From NCBI GenBank assembly GCA_000091165.1, contig FP565575.1, positions 1,680,001 through 1,712,000 of the forward strand: a DNA stretch of 32,000 bases. The letters run 5' to 3'. Every line of letters begins with the position of its first letter. Within the stretch, counting starts at the first letter, position 1. The DNA is from Candidatus Methylomirabilis oxygeniifera (GTDB lineage: Bacteria; Methylomirabilota; Methylomirabilia; Methylomirabilales; Methylomirabilaceae). Below, piece after piece: positions 16,935-25,151 of the stretch. The notes beneath the pieces were generated by a model. That model worked only from the letters and a program-made list of their open reading frames with translations. It was not told the DNA's origin and did no database searches. Made by a program: the position numbers and the translations under genes.

Positions 16935-18356
16935 ATGGTCCGAGCAACTTTACTGGCATGCAGCCTCGCGGTGACAGGCGCACTCCTGTTGGGAGGACTC
17001 ATTCCGATGACATCCGCACAGAATCCAACTTTGGGTGAAACTCCACAGTCCACACCGAACTGGGAAACAATTAAGAAGGATGCCGATGCCGAGAAAGCCG
17101 CGCTGGACGCAAAGAGGCAGCTTCTCGATGCGCGAAGAGCGCTGGAAGCCGCTGAAGCGCCTCCAGACCAGACAAAGAAGGCGATGGACAACCAACTTGC
17201 CGCTTCCAAGGCTGCCAAGGATCTCGCCGATGCCGAGAAAGCCGCCGCAGACGCCCGTAAGGCCAAGGCGGATGCCACCCTCGCGGCCTTCAAAGCAAAC
17301 ATGGGTGAAGTGCCGGCATCCGGGTATACGGGTGACGTGACCCTGAAGGAGAAGACTGGCATAATCGAGACCGCTCTCCTCGCCGCCAAGGCTGTGAAGA
17401 CGGCAGCTCAACGCATCGTCGACGTACTCCCGCAGCAACCCGCCAAGAGGATCGTTGTATTGTACGCTGCCGCCGAGGTTCCGAATTTCCAGGCGCTGAT
17501 TATGTTCCGGGCTCAGATCGCTTTGGCGAACAAAGGGTTTGCCGACGCCCAGAAAGCATCCAACGATGCCGACCGAAAAGCCGTACCGCCCGACTTTAAG
17601 CTAGAGTTCGTCCCCCCCGCGGCTGCGGCAGGTCTTACCCTTGAAGCCGCGAATAAGTTGCTCGCCTTTTTCCGGACCGACTACACTGTTGGCGGAGTCG
17701 ATCTCACATCAGAAGACTCACTGCTCGTCCATGCACTGGCCGGACTCATCGCCGGTTCCAACAAGAATCTTGACGTACAACTCCCCGCCGTCTACAGTCC
17801 GGGCGCTTTGTCCGATGCCGGTTCCGGAATTCTGAACGACCTCACCACCCTGTCTCTGCTGAAGACGGGCGCTCAGGATAAGGCCAACCGCCACGATAAG
17901 TTCTCTGCTCGCTTCACGGAGGACGCTGGGAAGGAAGTGGACCCGGAAAAGAAGGCCGCCTTGCTGGATAAAGCCAAAACTCACAAGGCCGCCGCCGACA
18001 CCTGGAAAGCCGCCATCGGCTTGTACGATAGCTTCTTCAGCAAGCTCACCACCGTCGACGATAAAGGCGTGGCCCCGCTCGCCAATGTCATTCGCGATGG
18101 CGTCGTCGCTGACGTGCTGCTAAAGGACAATCTTCTCTTACTCGTGAAACTCCAGAAATTCGGCGGGGCGTACTATACTAAGAAAAATATGTTGACTCTC
18201 TTTGGAGGCATGCCCTTCTTCCACATGGGCGGCGTCGTTGCAAGCTTTGTCCTCCTGGATGGGAAAGCCGGAACCGTACAGGGGTCCGGCGTCATACCCG
18301 TGCACGGCGGTTTCGTGAAAGCCAGCGATCTGCCGCAGCAGATAAACGAGGATTGA
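16935..18356 (+). CDS. Secreted protein of unknown function with an N-terminal Ala/Lys/Asp-rich coiled-coil region
   Basis: AGGAAGGGA RBS before ATG 16935. Sec signal MVRATLLACSLAVTGALLLGGLIPMTSA|QN. The motif DAEKAA(L/A)DA(K/R) is repeated. The C-terminal ~300 aa is globular and I recognise no family. Confidence 0.8.
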   Translation: MVRATLLACSLAVTGALLLGGLIPMTSAQNPTLGETPQSTPNWETIKKDADAEKAALDAKRQLLDARRALEAAEAPPDQTKKAMDNQLAASKAAKDLADAEKAAADARKAKADATLAAFKANMGEVPASGYTGDVTLKEKTGIIETALLAAKAVKTAAQRIVDVLPQQPAKRIVVLYAAAEVPNFQALIMFRAQIALANKGFADAQKASNDADRKAVPPDFKLEFVPPAAAAGLTLEAANKLLAFFRTDYTVGGVDLTSEDSLLVHALAGLIAGSNKNLDVQLPAVYSPGALSDAGSGILNDLTTLSLLKTGAQDKANRHDKFSARFTEDAGKEVDPEKKAALLDKAKTHKAAADTWKAAIGLYDSFFSKLTTVDDKGVAPLANVIRDGVVADVLLKDNLLLLVKLQKFGGAYYTKKNMLTLFGGMPFFHMGGVVASFVLLDGKAGTVQGSGVIPVHGGFVKASDLPQQINED

Positions 18357-18522
18357 CGACCAGCCTATCGGGCTGCTCTTCTGGCTCGGTCCGGGCGTGA
18401 GTGTGCCTCGCTTGTGCGGTATAAACTTGAGTGGACGGACCGATAAAAACGCTACAAGAAATTGAAAAGGCGGCAGATTTCGTATGTGGACTACGATCTG
18501 CTAGTCGGGAAACCACTACTTG

Positions 18523-20892
18523 ATGCTAACCGAAGCCGATACCTGCCGAAAGTACGTCCTGCCGAAGCTTTACGCCGCTGGCTGGAGTGACGATCAAATC
18601 AGCGAGCAGAAGTATTTCACCGACGGACGCATTGTCGTGACCGGTCGGAGACACTTCAGGAAACCGGGGAAGAAGGCGGATTACCTGCTCAATTATCGGC
18701 CTGACTACCGGCTTGCTGTGGTTGAGGCCAAGGTCTCCTATAAGAACCCCGCCGACGGCCTTCAGCAGGCAATGGAGTATGCGGAAATCCTCGGGCTCAG
18801 ATTTGCCTATTCGACGAACGGCCATGGAATCGTAGAGCACGACTACACCACAGGTGGGCAGCAGGTCCTGGACATCTTTCCCTCTCCTGATGAACTGTGG
18901 CGTCGGGTTCGTGCGGCCGAAGGCCTGGCCGACGACAAGGCAGCCGAAGACCTGCTGTTTCCGTTTAACCGCGAACTTCGCAATCCAGACGGTTCCATCA
19001 AGACTCCCCGGTATTTCCAGGAGATCGCGATCCATCGAGCCGTGCAGGCCGTCCTGCAGGGCAAACCTCGCATCCTGATCACCATGGCCACGGGGACCGG
19101 CAAGACCTTTGTGGCCGTCCAGATCGTTTGGAAACTCTGGAAGACGGGACATAAAGGGCGGATCCTGTATCTGGTTGATCGGAACATCCTCGTAGATCAG
19201 CCTCTTGTCCGTGAGTTCAACATCTTTGGCGGTGCCGTCTGGAAGATCCAAGGAGAGGCGAAGAAGGGGCGAGAGATCTACTTCGCGCTCTACCAGGCTC
19301 TGGCAGAGGACGAGTCGCGGCTGGGTCTCTATAAGGAATACCCGCCGGATTACTTCGACCTGATCATCGTGGACGAGTGTCACCGTGGGAGCGCGACGGA
19401 TCAGTCCCGCTGGCGCCGAATCCTGGAGTACTTTGATGCGGCCACTCAGATCGGGATGACAGCTACACCCCGGCGCGAGGAGACCCGGGACACCTACGGG
19501 TACTTCGGCAATCCCATCTATACCTATCCATTGAGTCAGGGCATCGAGGATGGGTTCCTGGCACCCTATCGCGTGCATCGCATCGTTCCCAGCGTGGACG
19601 CCACCGGGTGGCGGCCGGAGCGGGACCAACTTGACCGCTTTGGACGCGAGATCCCGAACGGCGTGTACGAGACCAAAGATTTCGAGCGTGTAGTCTCCCT
19701 GCTCAGCCGGACCGAGGTCGTGGCCCAGCATCTGACCGCCTATCTGAAAAGAACAGACCGATTCGCTAAGACCATGGTGTTTTGCGTGGACCAGGAGCAC
19801 GCTGAAGACATGCGTGCCGCGCTGCACAAGGCCAATGAAGACCTTACGCAGCAATACCCACACTACGTGGCGCGCGTAACGGTCGATGAAGGGAAGGTGG
19901 GTCGGGGCCATCTGGATGACTTCGTGGATCCCGAGCGAGACATGCCGGTGATCCTGACGACGTCTAAGCTCCTCAATACCGGAGTGGACGCCCCCACGTG
20001 CCGAAACATTGTCCTGTTCAAGCCTATCGGCTCCATCGTGGAGTTCAAGCAGATCATCGGGCGAGGCACCCGCCTCTATCCGGACAAGGATAAGCTGTGG
20101 TTCACGATCCTGGACTACGCCGGGGCTACCCGCCTCTTCGCCGATCCCAACTTTGATGGGGAGCCTGAACGGATTACTGAGGAAAGGATTTACCCGTCTG
20201 GCGAAGAGCAAGGGTCACCCGTGATAGTCGGAGAAGGCCCTTCGTATGGAGGAGAAGAAGACGAAGACGTGCCCGTGAGCGACTGGCAGGAGCAGCCGCA
20301 CAGGAAGTACTATGTAGACGGGGTCGAGGTGCGGATCACCGCAGAGATAGTGTATGAGCTGGACAGTTCAGGGAAGCAGCAACGAGTCGTCAAGTACACG
20401 GACTATACAGCCGAACAAGTGCGCCGGCTGTACCCCACCCCCGCTGAACTTCGGACAGAGTGGATGGATGCAGAACACCGGGGGGCCATTCAGCAGGCCC
20501 TCGCTGAACGCGGCATTGACTTCTCCGCCCTGGTCGAAGCCACAAACCAGCCAGATGCGGATCCGTTCGATCTTCTCATCCACGTTGCGTGGAACGCTCC
20601 CCTCCGAACCAGGCGGGAGCGCGCCGAGAGTGTGTCCGGAGGGAAAGGAAAGACTTTTGGGACCTGTACACGCCTCAGGCTCGCGGCATTCTCAATGATC
20701 TGCTGGATAAATACACAGACTATGGTGTCACGCAGCTCGATGATCTCCAGATTCTTGAAGTTCCACCTCTCTCCAAGCGCGGAACCCCTATGGAAATCGC
20801 CGGTTTCTTTGGAGGAGTCGATCACCTGCGATCTGCAGTTGCTGAGCTTCAGTCTCTCTTGTACAGATAGGCATAGTAATACAAATAGGTAA
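18523..20892 (+). CDS. hsdR: Type I restriction enzyme R subunit (EcoEI/EcoAI-like), with its C-terminal domain frameshifted near nt 20635
   Basis: HSDR_N nuclease N-terminus (LTEADTCRKYVLPKL), helicase motifs MATGTGKT, DECHRGS and TATPRR. After ...PLRTRRERAESV the frame yields low-complexity nonsense until 20892, while the homologous sequence continues in another frame (see 20589..20870). Confidence 0.9.
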   Translation: MLTEADTCRKYVLPKLYAAGWSDDQISEQKYFTDGRIVVTGRRHFRKPGKKADYLLNYRPDYRLAVVEAKVSYKNPADGLQQAMEYAEILGLRFAYSTNGHGIVEHDYTTGGQQVLDIFPSPDELWRRVRAAEGLADDKAAEDLLFPFNRELRNPDGSIKTPRYFQEIAIHRAVQAVLQGKPRILITMATGTGKTFVAVQIVWKLWKTGHKGRILYLVDRNILVDQPLVREFNIFGGAVWKIQGEAKKGREIYFALYQALAEDESRLGLYKEYPPDYFDLIIVDECHRGSATDQSRWRRILEYFDAATQIGMTATPRREETRDTYGYFGNPIYTYPLSQGIEDGFLAPYRVHRIVPSVDATGWRPERDQLDRFGREIPNGVYETKDFERVVSLLSRTEVVAQHLTAYLKRTDRFAKTMVFCVDQEHAEDMRAALHKANEDLTQQYPHYVARVTVDEGKVGRGHLDDFVDPERDMPVILTTSKLLNTGVDAPTCRNIVLFKPIGSIVEFKQIIGRGTRLYPDKDKLWFTILDYAGATRLFADPNFDGEPERITEERIYPSGEEQGSPVIVGEGPSYGGEEDEDVPVSDWQEQPHRKYYVDGVEVRITAEIVYELDSSGKQQRVVKYTDYTAEQVRRLYPTPAELRTEWMDAEHRGAIQQALAERGIDFSALVEATNQPDADPFDLLIHVAWNAPLRTRRERAESVSGGKGKTFGTCTRLRLAAFSMICWINTQTMVSRSSMISRFLKFHLSPSAEPLWKSPVSLEESITCDLQLLSFSLSCTDRHSNTNR
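20589..20870 (+). pseudogene. hsdR: Displaced C-terminal segment of hsdR (second half of the EcoEI_R_C-type domain) in the -1 frame
   Basis: From nt 20637 this frame reads RRERKDFWDLYTPQARGILNDLLDKYTDYGVTQLDDLQILEVPPLSKRGTPMEIAGFFGG...LQSLLYR*. That is the expected continuation of type IB HsdR C-termini. Confidence 0.75.
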
Positions 20893-20962
20893 AATGCAAT
20901 ATGACCTTATATAATATATTATAGTTATAATTGATAAAGGTAATATATAATGATACATTACC
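20871..20962 (+). promoter_or_regulatory. AT-rich junction and likely abiE promoter/operator region
   Basis: About 90 bp that is visibly AT-dominated within a GC-rich context. It contains a perfect 14-bp palindrome TATAATATATTATA (20910-20923), which includes TATAAT hexamers. It also contains the inverted repeat GGTAAT-N12-ATTACC (20939-20962), which abuts the abiEi start. Confidence 0.5.
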
Positions 20963-20965
20963 TTG

Positions 20966-21574
20966 ATGATGGGAAGACGGGATCCACAAGAGGCCAGGCG
21001 TCGTCTTTACGAATATGCAGTTGCCCAAGGCGGCTATTTTACGGCTGCCCAAGCTAGGATAGCCGGCTACCCCAAGCAGCTCCAGTACTACCATGTCAGG
21101 CGTGGCAACTGGGTTCGGGAAGATCGTGGTATCTTTCGCCTCTGGGAATGGCCGAGGAGCTCGCACGAAGACCTCATTCGCTGGACGTTGTGGAGTCGGG
21201 GTGCGGCGGTGGTTTCCCACCAGAGCGCGATGGCGGTGCATGAGATCAGCGATCTAATGCCGGCCAAGATACACCTGACTGTCCCGCCGGAGTTTCGCAA
21301 AACTCCATCCCCAGCCATGGTCCTTCACCGGGACCGTCTTGCTCCCCACGAAATTGAACAGCGTGATGGGTTTCGTGTTACAACACCCCTGAGAACCCTT
21401 ATTGATGCCGCCCGCGTCGATGTGGATCCTGAGCGTCTATCCGCTGCAGTCCGGGATGCCGTTTTGAAAGGCCTCGTTGCAGACCGCCACATCGAGGCTG
21501 CCATAGACACACTCCAAGGAGCGGCGGCAGAACGCCTGTATCAGGCGCTCACTCTGGCCCGGAAGGCTGCTTGA
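20966..21574 (+). CDS. abiEi: AbiEi-family antitoxin / transcriptional regulator (type IV TA, abortive infection)
   Basis: The N-terminal wHTH pattern ...LYEYAVAQGGYFTAAQARIAGYPKQLQYYHVRRGNWVREDRGIFRL is typical of AbiEi_4. The stop overlaps the next gene's start (TGATG). Confidence 0.85.
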   Translation: MMGRRDPQEARRRLYEYAVAQGGYFTAAQARIAGYPKQLQYYHVRRGNWVREDRGIFRLWEWPRSSHEDLIRWTLWSRGAAVVSHQSAMAVHEISDLMPAKIHLTVPPEFRKTPSPAMVLHRDRLAPHEIEQRDGFRVTTPLRTLIDAARVDVDPERLSAAVRDAVLKGLVADRHIEAAIDTLQGAAAERLYQALTLARKAA

Positions 21575-22440
21575 TGAGATACGCCAATGCGGCAAGCTTC
21601 CGGATGGCCCTGGAGGAACGCATCAGGCAGCGCAGTGCCACCGATGGAGTGGCGATACAACGACTCAGAAAGCGCGTCACATTCGAGCGGTTTCTGGCTC
21701 GTCTTCAAGCGCCACCGGACAGCCCCTGGTTCTTGAAAGGGGCATTCGCCCTGGATCTTCGATTTGGGGATCGATCCCGCACCACGAAAGACCTCGACCT
21801 CGCAGTTGATCTTGCCATCGCGTCCAATGTTGTTCCCGCGACTCCAGCGGGGATCGCAGCACGTCTGCAGGCGGCCGCAGCTTACGAGCTGGACGACTTC
21901 ATCGTCTTTAGTGTCCCGGCGGAAGGAGAACGGATCCAGCAAGAACCAAGCGCTCAGACCTATCGGTTCCACGTTCGGGCACTCCTGGATAAACGTCCCT
22001 TCGAAGACTTCAAGGTCGATGTCGGTACCGTAACGCCACTGGTTGCACCAACGGAAGAGATTGCTGAGAGCGACACGTTGCGCTTTGCAGGGATTGTTCC
22101 CCGACGGTTCCGAGCGATCTCGCTCGCCCAGCACTTTGCCGAAAAGATTCACGCGCTCACCTTTCCGTGGGAAGATCGGGAACAAACCAGGGTGAAGGAT
22201 CTCGTGGACATTGTGCTGATCCTCGAGGTGAACGCACCCGATCCCCACACAGCCCGGAATGCCCTCCAAGCGGTGTTCGATGGAAGAGGCACGCATTCTC
22301 TTCCCTCCCAGATTTCCGATCCGCCACCCTCATGGACTGGGTCATATACCGCCACTGCAAGAGAGCTCACACTCACTCACATGACTATAGAAGACGGCAC
22401 CAGGCTTCTTCATCAATTTTGGGCCAAAGTTTTTCCATGA
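21574..22440 (+). CDS. abiEii: AbiEii/AbiGii-family nucleotidyltransferase toxin
   Basis: FLKGAFALDLRFGDRSRTTKDLDL is the NTase motif of the family. Length is ~290 aa and the gene is coupled to abiEi. Confidence 0.9.
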   Translation: MRYANAASFRMALEERIRQRSATDGVAIQRLRKRVTFERFLARLQAPPDSPWFLKGAFALDLRFGDRSRTTKDLDLAVDLAIASNVVPATPAGIAARLQAAAAYELDDFIVFSVPAEGERIQQEPSAQTYRFHVRALLDKRPFEDFKVDVGTVTPLVAPTEEIAESDTLRFAGIVPRRFRAISLAQHFAEKIHALTFPWEDREQTRVKDLVDIVLILEVNAPDPHTARNALQAVFDGRGTHSLPSQISDPPPSWTGSYTATARELTLTHMTIEDGTRLLHQFWAKVFP

Positions 22441-22449
22441 GGTAAGAGT

Positions 22450-23961
22450 ATGGCGAGACGCAGAAGAGAAGAGACCTCAGTGCCGCTGACAGCAAAGGCA
22501 CAACTGTCAGCGGCTACCAAGAGAGCACGGGATATCATGCGCAAGGACGCCGGACTGAACGGCGACCTGGATCGCATTCCCCAGCTCTCCTGGATCATGT
22601 TCTTGAAATGCTTCGACGACCTTGAGCAACGTCGCGAGGTGACGGAGAAGAAGTATCGGCTCGCAATCGAGCCACCCTACCGGTGGCGTGACTGGGCAGG
22701 CAACCCGGACAAGGGACTGACAGGAGAGTCGCTTCTCAAGTTCATCAACGACGAGCTGTTCCCATATCTGCGGAGCCTCACGGGAACGGTGGCAGGGGAT
22801 GCAAGAGACGTTCTGGCGGCTGTCTTCAAGGAAACCTATAACCGAATGCTTTCCGGATACCTCCTGCGGGATGTCGTGAATCTGGTCAACCGGCTCAATT
22901 TTAATTCTTCTGACGACATCCACACACTGGCCCACCTGTACGAGTCGATGCTCCGCGAGATGCGAGACGCGGCGGGGGACTCCGGCGAATTCTACACGCC
23001 CAGGCCAGTCATTCGGCTTATTGTGCAGCAGGTAAACCCTCGCCTGGGAGAGAGGGTGCTGGACCCGGCGGCGGGGACCGGCGGCTTTCTTGTGGAGTCC
23101 TACGAACACCTGAAGGCCCAGGTGAAAAGCGTGGAGGATCGACGGCGCCTTCAGGAGGATACGCTTTTCGGAATCGAAAAGAAGCCGATGCCATACCTGC
23201 TTGGGATGATGAACCTCCTGCTTCACGGCCTGGACCGCCCGAATCTGCTCCGCGACAACGCCTTGAGGAACCCGCTCGTCCAGATCACCGACAGCGGCGC
23301 ACGCTATCACGTGATCATGACAAACCCACCCTTTGGTGGTGAGGAGGAGAAGGGTGTCCAGGACAACTTTCCGGATGCCACTCGCACCTCGGAAACCGCC
23401 CTCCTCTTCCTGCAATTCATCATGCGTAGTCTCAAGCGCGGGGGTCGCTGCGGTATGGTCGTCCCCAACGGCACGCTCTTCGGTGATGGCGTCTGCGCCC
23501 GCGTCAAAAAGGAGCTTCTCGAACACTTCAACCTGCACACGATCGTCCGCCTCCCCAACGGGGTCTTCGCGCCCTATACCTCTATCCCCACCAACCTGCT
23601 CTTTTTCGACCGCTCCGGTCCCACGAAGGAGATCTGGTATTACGAGCAACCGCTGCCCGAGGGCCGGAAAAACTACACGAAAACCCAGCCTCTTCAGTTT
23701 GAGGAGTTCGCTCCTTGCGTGGCCTGGTGGAAGAACCGTGAGGAGAATGACCGTGCCTGGAAGGTTTCGATCAACAATGTGCTGAAGTATGACAAGAATA
23801 GTAATCTTATCTCCGCCAACCTCGACATCAAGAACCCGAATGGCAAGCGGGACTTCGAGCATTTGCCACCGGAGCAACTGGCCGATGACATTTTGAAGAA
23901 AGAGCAGCAGATTCTAGAGATCATGGCGGAGATTAAGCAGACGCTGGCGAGGGCAGGGTGA
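22450..23961 (+). CDS. hsdM: Type I R-M N6-adenine DNA methyltransferase subunit
   Basis: HsdM N-terminal domain, GEFYTPRPV, AdoMet motif VLDPAAGTGGFL and catalytic NPPFGG. Confidence 0.97.
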   Translation: MARRRREETSVPLTAKAQLSAATKRARDIMRKDAGLNGDLDRIPQLSWIMFLKCFDDLEQRREVTEKKYRLAIEPPYRWRDWAGNPDKGLTGESLLKFINDELFPYLRSLTGTVAGDARDVLAAVFKETYNRMLSGYLLRDVVNLVNRLNFNSSDDIHTLAHLYESMLREMRDAAGDSGEFYTPRPVIRLIVQQVNPRLGERVLDPAAGTGGFLVESYEHLKAQVKSVEDRRRLQEDTLFGIEKKPMPYLLGMMNLLLHGLDRPNLLRDNALRNPLVQITDSGARYHVIMTNPPFGGEEEKGVQDNFPDATRTSETALLFLQFIMRSLKRGGRCGMVVPNGTLFGDGVCARVKKELLEHFNLHTIVRLPNGVFAPYTSIPTNLLFFDRSGPTKEIWYYEQPLPEGRKNYTKTQPLQFEEFAPCVAWWKNREENDRAWKVSINNVLKYDKNSNLISANLDIKNPNGKRDFEHLPPEQLADDILKKEQQILEIMAEIKQTLARAG

Positions 23962-25151
23962 CGAACAAGGGCTTCCCAATGGTGCCGCTGGCACGAGTTA
24001 TTGGGCACCGTAAGGAGTTCATAACAGTCGACGATTTGGAAACCTATAAACGATGCCGTGTGCAACTCCACGCCCAGGGTATCGTTTTGCGAGACATCGT
24101 CTCTGGTTCGGAGATCAAGACCAAGAAGCAACAGGTCTGTCGGGCAGGTGAGTTCCTAGTGGCAGAGATCGATGCCAAGGTTGGGGGTTTCGGAATCGTT
24201 CCCGATGATCTTGATGGAGCCATTGTCAGCAACCACTACTTTCTCTTCCAAATTGATCATACGGTATTGGACTGTCGATTCTTGGACTTCTTCATCCGTA
24301 CGCCAACGTTTCGTGATCAGGTAGCAGCCCAAGGATCGACCAACTACGCGGCCATTCGCCCCAATGATGTGCTTGGCTACAAGATTTCACTACCTCCCCT
24401 GGAGGAGCAGTGGAGACTTGTGGCGCGGATCGAAGAACTGGCCGCCAAGATCGAGCAAGCCAGGGACCTTCGACGTGAGGCGGTGGAAGAGGCGGGAGCA
24501 CTGCTCTCTGCTGCGAGCAGGAATTTATTTGTTTCGGACGGTCTCAAAGCCCCACGGGGCCGACTCGAACACTTCGCTACGCGCATTACGAAAGGCGAAT
24601 CTCCTGAATGGCAGGGTTTTACGTATCAAGAGTTAGGTCCCGTGTTTGTCCGCAGTGAAAATGTCGGCTGGGGCACATTGGACCTTTCCCGGCGGACATG
24701 CATTCCTGAGGAATTTCACCATAAGTTGAAACGCTCCCAGTTACAACCAGGAGATGTCCTGATAAATCTTGTCGGTGCGTCGATCGGGCGCTCTTGCGTT
24801 GTTCCTGCAGATCTCGGGGAAGCGAATGTGAACCAAGCCGTTGCGGTTATTTCTCCAGATTCTCGGCAGCTAGACAGCAATTTTCTGATGCATTTTCTAA
24901 TCAGCGCACCGGCTCAAACTACTATTCACAGCGGGAAGGTTGAGACTGCACGTCCAAACATTTCCCTGGGAGATCTTCGAAATTTGATTCTGCCGGTCCC
25001 GCCCCTCTTCGAGCAGCAGCGCATCGTCGCGTACCTGGACAACTTGTGGGCGAAGGTTGACGCTCTGAAGCGCTTGCAGGCCGCGACCAACCCTGAACTT
25101 GGCGCGTTGCTCCCTTCCGTCCTCGACAAGGCTTTCAAGGGGGAACTCTGA
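23958..25151 (+). CDS. hsdS: Type I R-M specificity subunit (two target-recognition domains)
   Basis: The GTG overlaps the hsdM stop (GTGA); an alternative ATG lies at 23979. The central conserved helix is LPPLEEQWRLVARIEELAAKIEQARDLR and the distal one is LPVPPLFEQQRIVAYLDNLWAKVDALKRL. Confidence 0.92.
   Translation: MTNKGFPMVPLARVIGHRKEFITVDDLETYKRCRVQLHAQGIVLRDIVSGSEIKTKKQQVCRAGEFLVAEIDAKVGGFGIVPDDLDGAIVSNHYFLFQIDHTVLDCRFLDFFIRTPTFRDQVAAQGSTNYAAIRPNDVLGYKISLPPLEEQWRLVARIEELAAKIEQARDLRREAVEEAGALLSAASRNLFVSDGLKAPRGRLEHFATRITKGESPEWQGFTYQELGPVFVRSENVGWGTLDLSRRTCIPEEFHHKLKRSQLQPGDVLINLVGASIGRSCVVPADLGEANVNQAVAVISPDSRQLDSNFLMHFLISAPAQTTIHSGKVETARPNISLGDLRNLILPVPPLFEQQRIVAYLDNLWAKVDALKRLQAATNPELGALLPSVLDKAFKGEL

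Noticed and set aside
18526-20211. A 561-aa minus-strand ORF
   Set aside because: It is antisense to hsdR, which has clear helicase motifs on the + strand. The product is Arg/Gly/Pro-rich.
21541-22296. A 251-aa minus-strand ORF
   Set aside because: It is antisense to abiEii, which carries the family NTase motif and is coupled to abiEi.
22507-23877. A 456-aa minus-strand ORF
   Set aside because: It is antisense to hsdM, whose NPPFGG and AdoMet motifs are on the + strand.
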